DNA of 64,000 nt, taken from the NCBI GenBank assembly GCA_043803105.1, contig JAZDKJ010000006.1, forward strand, positions 448,001-512,000, given 5' to 3'. The notes beneath the pieces were generated by a model. The model was not told the DNA's origin, ran no database searches, and was given only the letters and a program-made list of their open reading frames with translations. The position numbers and the translations under genes were made by a program. Origin of the DNA: Candidatus Woesearchaeota archaeon (GTDB taxonomy: Archaea; Nanobdellota; Nanobdellia; Woesearchaeales; JAZDKJ01). Positions 47,468-56,947 of the stretch are shown in pieces; positions within the stretch are counted from its first letter, which is position 1; every line of letters begins with the position of its first letter.

Positions 47468-47905
47468 CTAAACAAAACCGCTAATCCCATTTTCTTCTAT
47501 CCTCTTTTGTCTTTCATAGCAATCCCTTACCTCTTTGTCAAGTGTTTGCTCTATCTGTCTCGTTCTCTGATACTGTTCCCCTTCGCATGCAGCCAAATTG
47601 ATTAAAACAGAATTTGGCAGTCTGATTCCTGTCATTCCCTTTGCAGAAGCTATTACAGCCTCTATTGTTAGTGCAATCTTGTTGCTGACCTCAACCAAAT
47701 CATTTCTTATGATTGCATTTTCAAGTCCTTTGAGCTGCTGCTTCAAGTGCTGCCTGTACAACGGGCTTAAGGATTTGGCATAGTCACCGGTTAGCTCTCT
47801 GTATCTCTTGTATTGATTCTCAAAGTCTTTGCCTTTTAGCATCCCGGTGACTAGCTTGCTGTAGGCTTTAACGCAGCCAATGCATTTTTTTCTTATCTCA
47901 TCCAT
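47468..47905 (-). CDS. Hypothetical helical protein
   Basis: Translationally coupled ORF; CxxC near the N-terminus. Confidence 0.65.
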   Translation of the reverse strand: MDEIRKKCIGCVKAYSKLVTGMLKGKDFENQYKRYRELTGDYAKSLSPLYRQHLKQQLKGLENAIIRNDLVEVSNKIALTIEAVIASAKGMTGIRLPNSVLINLAACEGEQYQRTRQIEQTLDKEVRDCYERQKRIEENGISGFV

Positions 47906-49016
47906 TTTGAACTAGTTTGTACGCTATTGCCTTGCTGTCAAGCTGCTTCTGTTTTGTAAATGCCTTCTGCACTTCTGAATCAATTGACTTCATTGTCTGG
48001 CTTATCTGCTCCTCAAATGGTCTGATGTCCACAATGTCTGTGGGCGGGTTCTCATAAAAAACCTGGGCTGTGTTCAGGAGCCCTCCAAGGTATCTTCGGC
48101 TTACCTGCATCAAGCCAACCAATTGCTGCCCACTCTCTAGTGATTGTGCCATGTCCTCGCATACCTCATGCACATTTCTTGTTGACACATTGAGCTGCCT
48201 TACCATTGTGCAGAAATTGCGCATATAGCTTACTATCTGCTCAGCAAGGTATTTTGGTATGTCAAGACATTTTCTGTATACTGTGAGCGCATTCTTCTGG
48301 TTTATTGATAATGCCACATTTGTGTCATGCTCCTTTAGCTGGTATTTTGTCTTTATCACCAGGTTCTCAAGGTCTTCCTTGTTGTTGAGGGTCTTTGCAA
48401 AGCCAGTTTCAGTGATTTTCATTGCCTCAAGCTTCTTGACCAGGTTTGCCAGCACTGACTCATACTTTCCCAGAAGCTTGTACTTGGTGTCAAAGCCGGT
48501 TTTTTCCTCAACAAGCATGGCAACATAATCCTTCTCTAGCTTTCTCATGACAGAGGTTGCCTTGTCTATATTGGAGATAGTCACACCGGTTTCCTTTGCC
48601 AGCTCTTCTATTTTGGTTGCAGATTGCTCTATCATGTTGTAAAGGTCTTGCGGTGTTCCCTCATTCAATGGCACATCTGCCTCAACTTTCTCAAGAAGTG
48701 TCTTCTCCACCTTCACTGTCTTAAGCGGCAATTTTAGCACGCTTCGCACAAGGTTGCTAACTGATTGTGCTGGCTGTTCAGTCACTACCTTTCTTTGGCG
48801 TTCCTGTTCCTCTTTCTTTCTGTACTCTCTTTGCAGATACTCTTTTAGGCTGCTTTGCAGGAATTCCAGTTGTGACCTCATTTTCTGGTACTTATTCTTG
48901 TCTGCTATAACTTCAACCTCTGGCAAGGCTGTGCTCTGCCTTTGCCTTGTTTCAGTTGTCTGCACTGCCTCTTCAAGAAGTTCCTCGGCGAGCTTGTTTA
49001 CGTCTGCGTTTCCCAT
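47898..49016 (-). CDS. Coiled-coil hypothetical protein, first gene of a four-gene operon
   Basis: Heptad-rich sequence; RBS GGGTGA. Confidence 0.7.
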   Translation of the reverse strand: MGNADVNKLAEELLEEAVQTTETRQRQSTALPEVEVIADKNKYQKMRSQLEFLQSSLKEYLQREYRKKEEQERQRKVVTEQPAQSVSNLVRSVLKLPLKTVKVEKTLLEKVEADVPLNEGTPQDLYNMIEQSATKIEELAKETGVTISNIDKATSVMRKLEKDYVAMLVEEKTGFDTKYKLLGKYESVLANLVKKLEAMKITETGFAKTLNNKEDLENLVIKTKYQLKEHDTNVALSINQKNALTVYRKCLDIPKYLAEQIVSYMRNFCTMVRQLNVSTRNVHEVCEDMAQSLESGQQLVGLMQVSRRYLGGLLNTAQVFYENPPTDIVDIRPFEEQISQTMKSIDSEVQKAFTKQKQLDSKAIAYKLVQNG

Positions 49017-49134
49017 CTTATCACCCTGCCATTATACAGGACGAGATGCTTATTTAGTGTTATTAAGAAAAAAGCGCAATTGTTTCCAAGAATCCGAAAA
49101 ATTAATTGGATAGTTCGAAATTTTGCTTGTTGTT

Positions 49135-49264
49135 TGGGGTTCCATCCCGCAGACGGCACATCAAACTTAGGGTTGGTTGCAATAGCAATCTTCTCAGGCA
49201 CATTCCCTTCTCGAAACATGTCTAACAAGCCAGCTGTCGCTAACTGCACATTTTTGTTCATCAT
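49135..49264 (-). pseudogene. N-terminal fragment resembling ArdC-like antirestriction/ssDNA-binding proteins
   Basis: MNKNVQLATAGLLDMFREGNVPEKIAIATNPKFDVPSAGW, then loss of coding character; RBS GAGGTGA. Confidence 0.45.
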
Positions 49265-49332
49265 AGAAATCACCTCAATGATTTTTTCTTTTCAATCAAA
49301 AAAAGAAAAAATATCTACCTAATAGAAATTGG

Positions 49333-50586
49333 TTACTGTGACAGCTTCTGGTTGATTGCTTTAAGATTAAACATGATAATCTGCTGGAGCACCAAACCGA
49401 GCTTTTTGTCGTCCCTTTTCTTTGCCCCTTTTGTGGAAAATACATACTCCTCAAGCAAGCCCAAAGGTATGTCTAGAATGGGGATATCATTCATAAGCAA
49501 GAAATGAAATGTGATTAGCCTTGTAGTTCTGCTGTTTCCGTCAAAAAACGGATGTATATGCTGGAATTCATTGTGTAGGTAGGCTGCGAATTCAAGAATC
49601 TCACGAAGAGAATGTTTTTTCTTCTTATTGAACTCATTGTATTTTTGCAGCAGTTCTGCAATCATTCCCTCAATCTCGTTATAATGTGCTACCTTGTAAT
49701 CCGCATTCCCCCTGATAATAACCTTGTTATCCCTAAATCTGCCAGCAATCTCTTTCTTATGCTGCATTGCAATAAAGTGGTAATTCAGTATATTTTCCTT
49801 TGTAATGACAGGATCATCCTGGATATTCTCTATCATTTTCAAGAAGGCTTTTTGGTAATTTTCAACCTCATGGATAGATTCCATGCTTAAGTTTTCAGGA
49901 ACTATTTTATCCCTAAGAAGTTTAAATGTCTGTGCTAATGTGATTGGGTTGCCCTCGATGCTTAAGCTATGGTGAATGAATTTAATCTGGTACGTTTCTG
50001 TCAATTCTTGGTATTTTCTTTCATTTGAGACTCTAAGCTTCTTGAACCTAGAAAGCTCTGATTGAATTTCATCAAAATAATCATCTTCTTTTTTCTTAGT
50101 TACCATGGGATGATGCCCGTAGTACGCAATAAGATCACCAAGAAATGAATTATATGGAACTACAGCTTTGAATGGCTTTCTTGAAAGCACCAACATAAAA
50201 CCATTTTTCTCAAGAATGCCAGAAACTTTTGAGACGGTTTTTGCATTCAGGCCAAGGTCTTTCATTCCGAATAATTTTTTTAAGAACGCTTTGCTCAGGT
50301 ATTTTGCTACAGACTCATCAAACAACTCATTATAATTAACGCCATTCTTTATGCAGTATTTCAGCATATCATAAAGATGCTGGTGCTTAGCATTCATAGT
50401 TGCCTGGTACCCATATTTATTTTTTTCAATGAGCTTCATCCCAACAAGAGTGTCAAGTATTTTTCGAATCCTCTGGTATTCTGTTGTTTTCCTCTTAAAG
50501 GCTTTGACAATATCTATGCTGCCTTTTGGATTGCCGCTCTTGTATAATTCAACAAAAACATCATATTTTGTTACCATATGAACCAC
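49333..50586 (-). CDS. Fic family protein with N-terminal wHTH domains
   Basis: HPFFDGNSRTTR Fic motif; autoinhibitory SLSIEGN. Confidence 0.9.
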   Translation of the reverse strand: MVHMVTKYDVFVELYKSGNPKGSIDIVKAFKRKTTEYQRIRKILDTLVGMKLIEKNKYGYQATMNAKHQHLYDMLKYCIKNGVNYNELFDESVAKYLSKAFLKKLFGMKDLGLNAKTVSKVSGILEKNGFMLVLSRKPFKAVVPYNSFLGDLIAYYGHHPMVTKKKEDDYFDEIQSELSRFKKLRVSNERKYQELTETYQIKFIHHSLSIEGNPITLAQTFKLLRDKIVPENLSMESIHEVENYQKAFLKMIENIQDDPVITKENILNYHFIAMQHKKEIAGRFRDNKVIIRGNADYKVAHYNEIEGMIAELLQKYNEFNKKKKHSLREILEFAAYLHNEFQHIHPFFDGNSRTTRLITFHFLLMNDIPILDIPLGLLEEYVFSTKGAKKRDDKKLGLVLQQIIMFNLKAINQKLSQ

Positions 50587-50731
50587 CTAATTTGTACCGC
50601 TTAATAAATCTTTCTATTTGGTACAAGAAATACAAAAAATGTGTACTTTTTGTACTAAATAACATATTTAATAAATAAGCGTATAATGCACAAAAAGCAA
50701 AGAAAAATTGTAAAAATCATGCTAAATAGCA

Positions 50732-51211
50732 TCAAATATCAAGTTGTAATTGGAGCTTCCTCTCCACGAATGAGAACAATGATTTGATATAAATTTCAAA
50801 TTTGAGCTTATAGCTTGTCCAAATTTCTTTAGTGACGCCTTGCCCGCGGTATTGAATACCGTTTCTGAGTAGCCTCATCGTTTCCAAAGTTTCCCAGTCA
50901 AATTCAAAATCTGGATGCTTGACACAAAGATGAGCACCAATGCATTTATGATCCCCGGGCTTTATTTGATCAAGGATTGCTATCACATGAATAAGCATCC
51001 TCATTACATCATAGCGATTAGAGAACAGCTTTGGGTAGTTTGTCGTATTTTTCTCTCTTGTTTTTTCAAATTCCAGAGCTTCTACCCAATCAGCTTTTGC
51101 CTGCTTGTAAAGCGATTCGGCCAGCTCCTTGTCAATTGTTTCAGCTGAAATGATTTTTCCGCTTGCTTGACACTCATTGTAAGCATCATCCAATTCTTCG
51201 ATTTTTTTCAT
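50732..51211 (-). CDS. HEPN-like protein
   Basis: YDVMRML..DHKC..MRLLRNGIQYRG; coupled to an MNT gene. Confidence 0.8.
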   Translation of the reverse strand: MKKIEELDDAYNECQASGKIISAETIDKELAESLYKQAKADWVEALEFEKTREKNTTNYPKLFSNRYDVMRMLIHVIAILDQIKPGDHKCIGAHLCVKHPDFEFDWETLETMRLLRNGIQYRGQGVTKEIWTSYKLKFEIYIKSLFSFVERKLQLQLDI

Positions 51212-51777
51212 GATGCAGCCACCTCCATAACTTCATAGATGTCCCCTTTGACAACATATCCTCGAAGGACATTCTTCAATAATCCTGATTTGACTTCTTC
51301 CATCTCTTTTTTTGTATGGAACGTGTGAACCTGAACTTCTCTGCTCTGACCTTGGAATCCTAATCCTTTCCAATACCTTCCAAACTTGAAATTCTCACTT
51401 TCTCCGTAGACGAACACATCAACATCGCTGTCCGTGGTCCAATCTGTTCTGACATAGCTCCCGAAGATGATGATTGTCTTTGCATTTTTTAATCTTTGCA
51501 ATTCTTGAATAAGACCAGTTCCATAAAGCTTTTGCAGGGCATATAATTTTTTTTTGGCTCTATATTCGGGTTCCTCATAATTGCCAATGAAATAAGGCAT
51601 CTTATCTTTTGGTTTTATTCGCTTTATGATTTTATCCTTCTGAAACCGCCTCAGCCATTTACCTGCTATATTGATGCTGACACCTGAAGTTTCCACTATG
51701 TTAGAGAAATGCCATTGCTTAGTGGGCTCATTCATAAACAGCTCCAACACCCTTTCTTCCTTTGATAAACTCGGCAT
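51208..51777 (-). CDS. wHTH + MNT antitoxin
   Basis: LELFMNEPTKQWHF; IIFGSYVRTDWTTDSDVDVFV. Confidence 0.88.
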   Translation of the reverse strand: MPSLSKEERVLELFMNEPTKQWHFSNIVETSGVSINIAGKWLRRFQKDKIIKRIKPKDKMPYFIGNYEEPEYRAKKKLYALQKLYGTGLIQELQRLKNAKTIIIFGSYVRTDWTTDSDVDVFVYGESENFKFGRYWKGLGFQGQSREVQVHTFHTKKEMEEVKSGLLKNVLRGYVVKGDIYEVMEVAAS

Positions 51778-51875
51778 AATATTACCTCTAAGACGCAGTA
51801 TTATTTAAATGTTTTGTTTTTTTGATTTTTTAAGCACTTCCTCAAAGCTCCTTTTAAACAGCCATTCTCTTATCC

Positions 51876-52082
51876 TTATTTCTCAAATCCATAGCTCTTC
51901 CCAACTGCATACATTGCTTTCATGACTTGCTCTCTGTCCTCAGAGATTAACGACCTTATCCTGTCCTCTATTGTCATCTTCTGCTCTATTGCAGCAGGCG
52001 CTTTGTACTCATGGTACTTGTATCCTCCGTAGAAGGAAAGCCCGATTATGGCTAAGCTTGTTGCAGTCCTTACTAGCCCCAT
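51876..52082 (-). CDS. Small N-terminally membrane-anchored protein
   Basis: TM ending FYGGYKY; RBS AGGTGA. Confidence 0.55.
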   Translation of the reverse strand: MGLVRTATSLAIIGLSFYGGYKYHEYKAPAAIEQKMTIEDRIRSLISEDREQVMKAMYAVGKSYGFEK

Positions 52083-52083
52083 C

Positions 52084-52488
52084 TCAATCACCTGCAAAGT
52101 ATTGCTTCAGTGTGTTGTACATGAACCTTGCATCCTTTTTTGTGTTTTGCCATTCTTGCTTCACCTTCTTGTCTATTGTCGGCTTGACCAGTTCCCAGCT
52201 CTGTTCATTTGGCATTGCCGCCAGTTGTTTCTTGATAAGGCTATTTTTCTCAGATTCTGGAAACTTGCTCCAGATATCTTCGCTTAGCCCGTTTCGTACA
52301 GCATAGTCAGACATCCTCAGCATTGTACTCTTCCCGACATATCCTGCCCGGGTCTGAAGCTCATTTATGCCGTACCCTGCTGCCCCAATCAAAGCAGCTG
52401 AAGCAGCAATCAAAAGCGTCTGCCGCCATCTATTTTCAACCGTTTTCTCATCCAAGACTTTTGTTTCCAATATTTTTTCTTCTGTCAT
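52084..52488 (-). CDS. Single-TM hypothetical protein
   Basis: TM LLIAASAALIGAAGYG. Confidence 0.55.
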   Translation of the reverse strand: MTEEKILETKVLDEKTVENRWRQTLLIAASAALIGAAGYGINELQTRAGYVGKSTMLRMSDYAVRNGLSEDIWSKFPESEKNSLIKKQLAAMPNEQSWELVKPTIDKKVKQEWQNTKKDARFMYNTLKQYFAGD

Positions 52489-52657
52489 ATCAAACACCAA
52501 GAACATCTAAGCTTTCGGTTTTAATATGGTTTTCTAACCAAAAAGCAAAGGATTTTCAAGAAAGATGTAATCCCTTTCGTATTCAAAGGAAATTAATTTA
52601 GAACTTTTTTCCGGCCTTGTCTGAATGTTTAAATAGTTATATGCAACAACCAGTCCT

Positions 52658-53170
52658 ATGGAGGTTATTAAGGAAGGGGCAAAATGCCTAATCAAAGGCA
52701 ATAAGCAGGCAACAATGGAGCTTGACACTTGTTGCGGTATTGTTATTTACGGCAAAGGCGCTGCTGGTGAAAAGCTTGTTGGAGCTGCGCACTGTGTTGT
52801 ACCTTCTTATTTTGAGCATTTTCTTCAATTGGAGTGCTATCTTTCAGGTATCATACTGCCTGAGGATTTTCTCACTACCCCTAACAAGGCTGTTTCCGCC
52901 TTGCTGTCATTGTTGAAAAGGAAGAATCCTTGTGCTTTGACAGCGATAATTGCTGGCTGCCAGTTAGGAAAATATGGCTATGACAATGAGCAAGAGGCTC
53001 GAAATGCTCTGGCTTCCGAGCATATCCCTGTCTTAAACTCCCGCTTAACCGGTCTTTCGTACACGATAGGCCTTGTTGTTTCTGTTGATTTTTTAGTTGC
53101 ACAATTCCTAGAGCCTTCTGACAAATCAGTGGTTTATCCAGCAAGAAAAGTTCCTCTTGTATATAATTGA
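52658..53170 (+). CDS. Divergent CheD-like (glutamine deamidase fold) protein
   Basis: LDTCCGIVIY..VGAAHCVVP..AIIAG..NEQEARNAL matches CheD LGSCVAV..GGLAHIMLP..AKIAGG..NVEAAR. Confidence 0.65.
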   Translation: MEVIKEGAKCLIKGNKQATMELDTCCGIVIYGKGAAGEKLVGAAHCVVPSYFEHFLQLECYLSGIILPEDFLTTPNKAVSALLSLLKRKNPCALTAIIAGCQLGKYGYDNEQEARNALASEHIPVLNSRLTGLSYTIGLVVSVDFLVAQFLEPSDKSVVYPARKVPLVYN

Positions 53171-53204
53171 TAAACTGTATGATAAACATTGAAAACCTAA
53201 AGAA

Positions 53205-53921
53205 TTAAGCCTTTGGTTGCCCTATGATTACTTCGTCTGTCAAATGATGAAATTCCGTTGACAAAGTAGCTAGGTATTTTGGGTCAACTTGTGCTGGTTC
53301 TTTTATGTAAAGGTTCAGAACAAGGATTTGTCCCTTCATTCCGGCTTCTACGGTTAATTTGGAATCAAGAGCGGTAGTAAGCCCTACTGGTACATTTCTA
53401 CGGACTCTGCTTTGTAATATGTCTGTAAGCCGCTCCAAAGTTTGGGCTCCAGAAGCAGCTTCTAAAGGAAGATCGAGTACAGTTTGAAATCTACCAAGAT
53501 AAGTCTTATCCTTTCGGCAAAGATAGTTGCATGATGGAAATTTTCCCATCAAATCTATCATTGCTGAGTGTGAACTGCAGAAATCAAATACAGATTGCCA
53601 GTTTCCATAATGGAAATGCCATGCAAATTGATATGGCCTCATATCATCTAAAGTCATCTGTGTGACAGTTTCCCTGATTATGTTGCCCTCTTCTGGCTTG
53701 ATTGTTTTTTGTGAGATTTCTAATCCAGAGAGTTCGTACACCACATTGCCAAGCACTGGGCCTTCCTTGCCCAAAATCGTGGTTTCAAGCTCAAATCTCT
53801 CTATTGGTTGAAGCTGGCCGAATTTCTTCCTGACATCTCTGAAGACTTCCTGGGAATCTGCCCAGACCTTTGCTATAAGATCTGCGGCCGGAGTGTAAAG
53901 TGTGGCTGTGCTTTTATCCAT
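53205..53921 (-). CDS. Hypothetical protein
   Basis: 238-aa ORF with upstream BRE-TATA; no recognised motif. Confidence 0.6.
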   Translation of the reverse strand: MDKSTATLYTPAADLIAKVWADSQEVFRDVRKKFGQLQPIERFELETTILGKEGPVLGNVVYELSGLEISQKTIKPEEGNIIRETVTQMTLDDMRPYQFAWHFHYGNWQSVFDFCSSHSAMIDLMGKFPSCNYLCRKDKTYLGRFQTVLDLPLEAASGAQTLERLTDILQSRVRRNVPVGLTTALDSKLTVEAGMKGQILVLNLYIKEPAQVDPKYLATLSTEFHHLTDEVIIGQPKA

Positions 53922-53992
53922 AGTACTGAGTGATGCGCATTCATTATTTAAAGCTTTCTGGAAATTACTACTTTAGCATAGTCACCTTTCCA

Positions 53993-54140
53993 CTAAGAGG
54001 CTGCTGTCACTGGCGGTGGTGCCGGAGGCGGGCTTGGAGGCGGCTGGCTCACTTGCGGTGGAGTTAACGGTGGGTGCAGGCGGTTGGCGCTTTGGGCTAG
54101 CAGCTGGTCGAGCTCCTGAAGGATATTGCAGACTCCGCTT
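53993..54140 (-). pseudogene. GC-rich proline-coding gene remnant
   Basis: Frame SGVCNILQELDQLLAQSANRLHPPLTPPQVSQPPPSPPPAPPPVTAAS* with a stop immediately upstream and no start codon there. Confidence 0.35.
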
Positions 54141-54180
54141 CAAGCAAATCTTTATATAAACATCAAATTAACCTTAGCTA

Positions 54181-54684
54181 ATGAAAAATCGTGCAGTTGG
54201 CTTCCTTGTTGTTGGTATTGCTATTCTAATAGCAGTGATAATTTTTGCCTTCAACCGCGCTCTGAATAAGATTGTGAACACCTCGTGTTCTCACGGCCCA
54301 ACCTGCCCTATGTGGGGCACTATTGATTTCCAGACCTATGTAAGCTTGGGTGTGATGGGTTTTGTTTTGATTGTAGGTTTGTACCTTATCTTCTTTGGCA
54401 AGGAAGAGCGGCTTGTGACAAAGATAATCAAGGTCAAGGAGCAGATCCAGCCGAGAAAGGTCAGCAGGCCGCATTATCAGAAAGTCTTGGCAGACCTGCC
54501 TCATAACGAAAAAAGCGTGATGGGCTTGGTCATTGATTCTGAAGGCTCAATCATGCAGTCAGACCTTGTGGAAAAGAGCAAGTTGTCAAAGGTGAACGTT
54601 ACAAGAGTCCTTGACAGGCTTGAGGGCCGTGGATTGATCGAGCGCAAGCGCCGCGGCATGACCAATGTGGTGATATTGAAGTGA
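54181..54684 (+). CDS. Membrane-tethered wHTH regulator with a Cys/His/Met inter-TM loop
   Basis: TM1-SCSHGPTCPMW-TM2, then NEKSVM..GSIMQSDLVEKSKLSKVNVTRVLDRLEGRGLIERKRRGMTNVV. Confidence 0.82.
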   Translation: MKNRAVGFLVVGIAILIAVIIFAFNRALNKIVNTSCSHGPTCPMWGTIDFQTYVSLGVMGFVLIVGLYLIFFGKEERLVTKIIKVKEQIQPRKVSRPHYQKVLADLPHNEKSVMGLVIDSEGSIMQSDLVEKSKLSKVNVTRVLDRLEGRGLIERKRRGMTNVVILK

Positions 54685-55187
54685 ACATGTTTTTCTTTGC
54701 CTTCCTTGGACTTTTGTTTTATGCCTCAATTATGCTAGTGAAGTCATATCTTCATCCCAAAACAACCCTGCTTATGATGTTGTTGCACTTGCTCTCAGCC
54801 TTAATTGCCATAGTCTCTTACGCAATTTTCGCTTTTGACGAAATGATCATCTCCTTCTGGCTGCTCATAGGTCTTACCCTTGTGGCTCTTGGCCTCTTGA
54901 TCAATGTCTTTGCTTTTAAGGCTCTTCGGTCTCAGGCATTTGACCCGGGAAAATCTCTCATTACTTCAGGCATTTACGGCCAGGTCAGAAATCCGATGTA
55001 CTCAGGGATCATGCTTGCTGCTTATGGTTCGTTTCTTTTTTCCTTTTCTGCCTATGCCTTGTTATATTGTGTTCTTGTGACCTTCCTCTTGTACTTGGTT
55101 GTTTTTGGCGAAGAAGCTTACCTCGCCAAGACCTTTGGCAAGAAGTTTATTTCTTACCAGGTCAAGGTCCCAAGATTCTTGCCTTGA
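54681..55187 (+). CDS. Isoprenylcysteine carboxylmethyltransferase/PEMT family membrane protein
   Basis: LITSGIYGQVRNPMYSG..EEAYLAKTFG..YQVKVPRFLP. Confidence 0.88.
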   Translation: MNMFFFAFLGLLFYASIMLVKSYLHPKTTLLMMLLHLLSALIAIVSYAIFAFDEMIISFWLLIGLTLVALGLLINVFAFKALRSQAFDPGKSLITSGIYGQVRNPMYSGIMLAAYGSFLFSFSAYALLYCVLVTFLLYLVVFGEEAYLAKTFGKKFISYQVKVPRFLP

Positions 55188-55222
55188 AACTAGTTTCAGG
55201 CCAATGGTTATAAGCTGTTTCA
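55185..55222. promoter_or_regulatory. Palindromic operator candidate and promoter of the copZ-copA cluster
   Basis: Perfect palindrome TGAAACTAGTTTCA (55185-55198), TATA-like GTTATAAG, extra GTTTCA at 55217. Confidence 0.6.
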
Positions 55223-55247
55223 ATAACCTACAAACTGGTGATTTCAA

Positions 55248-55451
55248 ATGGAAAAAAAGTTTTCAATCAAGGGTATGCATTGCCACAGCTGTGAGGTCTT
55301 GATCAAGGATTCACTGCAGGATCTTCCTGGTGTAGCAAATGTAAATGCAAATCAAAAGTCTGGCTTTGCAGAGGTTGTTTTCGACCAGTCAAGGGTAACG
55401 GAAGCGCAGTTGAAGCAAACAATAAGGCAATGCGGTTTTGAGGTGGTCTAG
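55248..55451 (+). CDS. copZ: Heavy-metal chaperone (CopZ-like HMA)
   Basis: IKGMHCHSCE. Confidence 0.88.
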   Translation: MEKKFSIKGMHCHSCEVLIKDSLQDLPGVANVNANQKSGFAEVVFDQSRVTEAQLKQTIRQCGFEVV

Positions 55452-56909
55452 ATGAGCGATAACGATGAACAAAAGCCTGAGCATTTTGTCACAAGGCGCT
55501 TTAGTGCCTCTGGCACAACCTGCCAGAACTGTGCTGAGCTCATCAAGCGCCAGGCTTTAAAGGTTGACGGTGTTAAATCCGCACATTTTGATTATCCAAG
55601 CGAGACAGGCTCTGTTACCTATGATCCCTCAAAGACAGACTTTGATGCTATTCTTTACAAGATTGAGGAAAAGGGTTACACCTGTTTCATACTTGATGAA
55701 AAGTCTTCGCAAAGCAAACAGTCTCTTGGTTGGATTTTCGGCATTCTGGGCTTGCTTGTCGTTGGATATTTTGCCATAGGGCTCATTCACAATGTGCAGA
55801 TTCCCCAAATCACCCAGAACATGGGCTATGGGCTCTTGTTTGTGGTAGGCCTTCTTACTGGCTTTCATTGTATTGCTATGTGCGGTGGCTTTGTTGTTGG
55901 ATATACTGCAAAGGATACACAGCAAGGTAAGAGCTCACATCTTTCCCATCTTTGGTATGGTACTGGAAAGGTTATCTCCTACACAATCATTGGAGCTGCA
56001 TTTGGGCTCTTGGGGTCAATTATCGCTTTTACTCCAACAATGAGAGGCATTGCAGGAATTGTTGCTGGAATTTTCCTAGTGATTTTTGGCTTAAGGATGC
56101 TTAACGTCTTTCCTGTGCTTCGGAAGTTTCAGTTTAAGGCTCCTGGTTTTATTTCCAGGATTACTGGCGGCAAGAGCAACAGCCCGCTGGTTGTGGGCTT
56201 GCTTAACGGCCTGATGATTGCCTGCGGTCCTTTGCAGGCAATATACATTATGGCAGCAGGCACAGGCAGCCTTATTGAGGGAGCAAAATTGTTGTTCATC
56301 TTTGCGCTTGGAACTTTGCCTGTCATGCTTGGATTCGGCTACTTCACCAGTTTTGTGTCAGGCAAGTTGACAGCCAAGATTCTAAAGGCTTCGGGGGCAG
56401 TGGTTATTTTGCTTGGGCTGATGATGCTCAACAATGGTCTCGTCCTTACAGGCGCAGGCTATGATTTCAAGAGTATCGTAGGAACAGACACCCCTGCAAT
56501 ACAGTCAGTGAGCGCCGCTCCCTTAAGCCAAGGTTTTCAGGAAATCCATATGACTGTCGATGCCAATGGCTTTACCCCAAGCAGTTTTGTGCTCCAGAAG
56601 GGTGTGCCTGTGAAGTGGATTATTGACGGCAAGCAGATTACATCGTGCAACAAGGCTATTCAGGTGCCAGCCTATGGCTTGCAGTTTGATATAAAGCCTG
56701 GTTTGCAGACTATTGAATTCACTCCAACTGATGTAGGCACTATTAGGTGGAGCTGCTGGATGGGAATGATTCACGGCACTTTCATTGTAAAGGATCAGGT
56801 GACTGCAGCAGACCAAGCAGCTGTTGCCCAGGCTGCTACAGCGCCTTCCGGTGCAGGAACCTGCAACATGGGTTCTGGTGGAGGCTGCGGCTGCGGCATG
56901 ATGAATTAA
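55452..56909 (+). CDS. HMA + DsbD_2/TauE-like membrane domain + cupredoxin fusion protein
   Basis: TTCQNC HMA; GFHCIAMCGG and IACGPLQ; cupredoxin ITSCN..WSCWMGM; Cys/Met tail CNMGSGGGCGCGMM. Confidence 0.88.
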   Translation: MSDNDEQKPEHFVTRRFSASGTTCQNCAELIKRQALKVDGVKSAHFDYPSETGSVTYDPSKTDFDAILYKIEEKGYTCFILDEKSSQSKQSLGWIFGILGLLVVGYFAIGLIHNVQIPQITQNMGYGLLFVVGLLTGFHCIAMCGGFVVGYTAKDTQQGKSSHLSHLWYGTGKVISYTIIGAAFGLLGSIIAFTPTMRGIAGIVAGIFLVIFGLRMLNVFPVLRKFQFKAPGFISRITGGKSNSPLVVGLLNGLMIACGPLQAIYIMAAGTGSLIEGAKLLFIFALGTLPVMLGFGYFTSFVSGKLTAKILKASGAVVILLGLMMLNNGLVLTGAGYDFKSIVGTDTPAIQSVSAAPLSQGFQEIHMTVDANGFTPSSFVLQKGVPVKWIIDGKQITSCNKAIQVPAYGLQFDIKPGLQTIEFTPTDVGTIRWSCWMGMIHGTFIVKDQVTAADQAAVAQAATAPSGAGTCNMGSGGGCGCGMMN

Positions 56910-56947
56910 AGCAAATATTTAAATTCGTCAATCTAATATACAATAAT

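Noticed and set aside
53993-54140. SRP RNA or RNase P RNA
   Set aside because: Too short, lacks the conserved motifs, and the periodicity fits proline codons.
56747-56947. Cys-rich N-terminal extension of CopA
   Set aside because: It overlaps the upstream gene in another frame; the HMA domain begins at ATG 56948.
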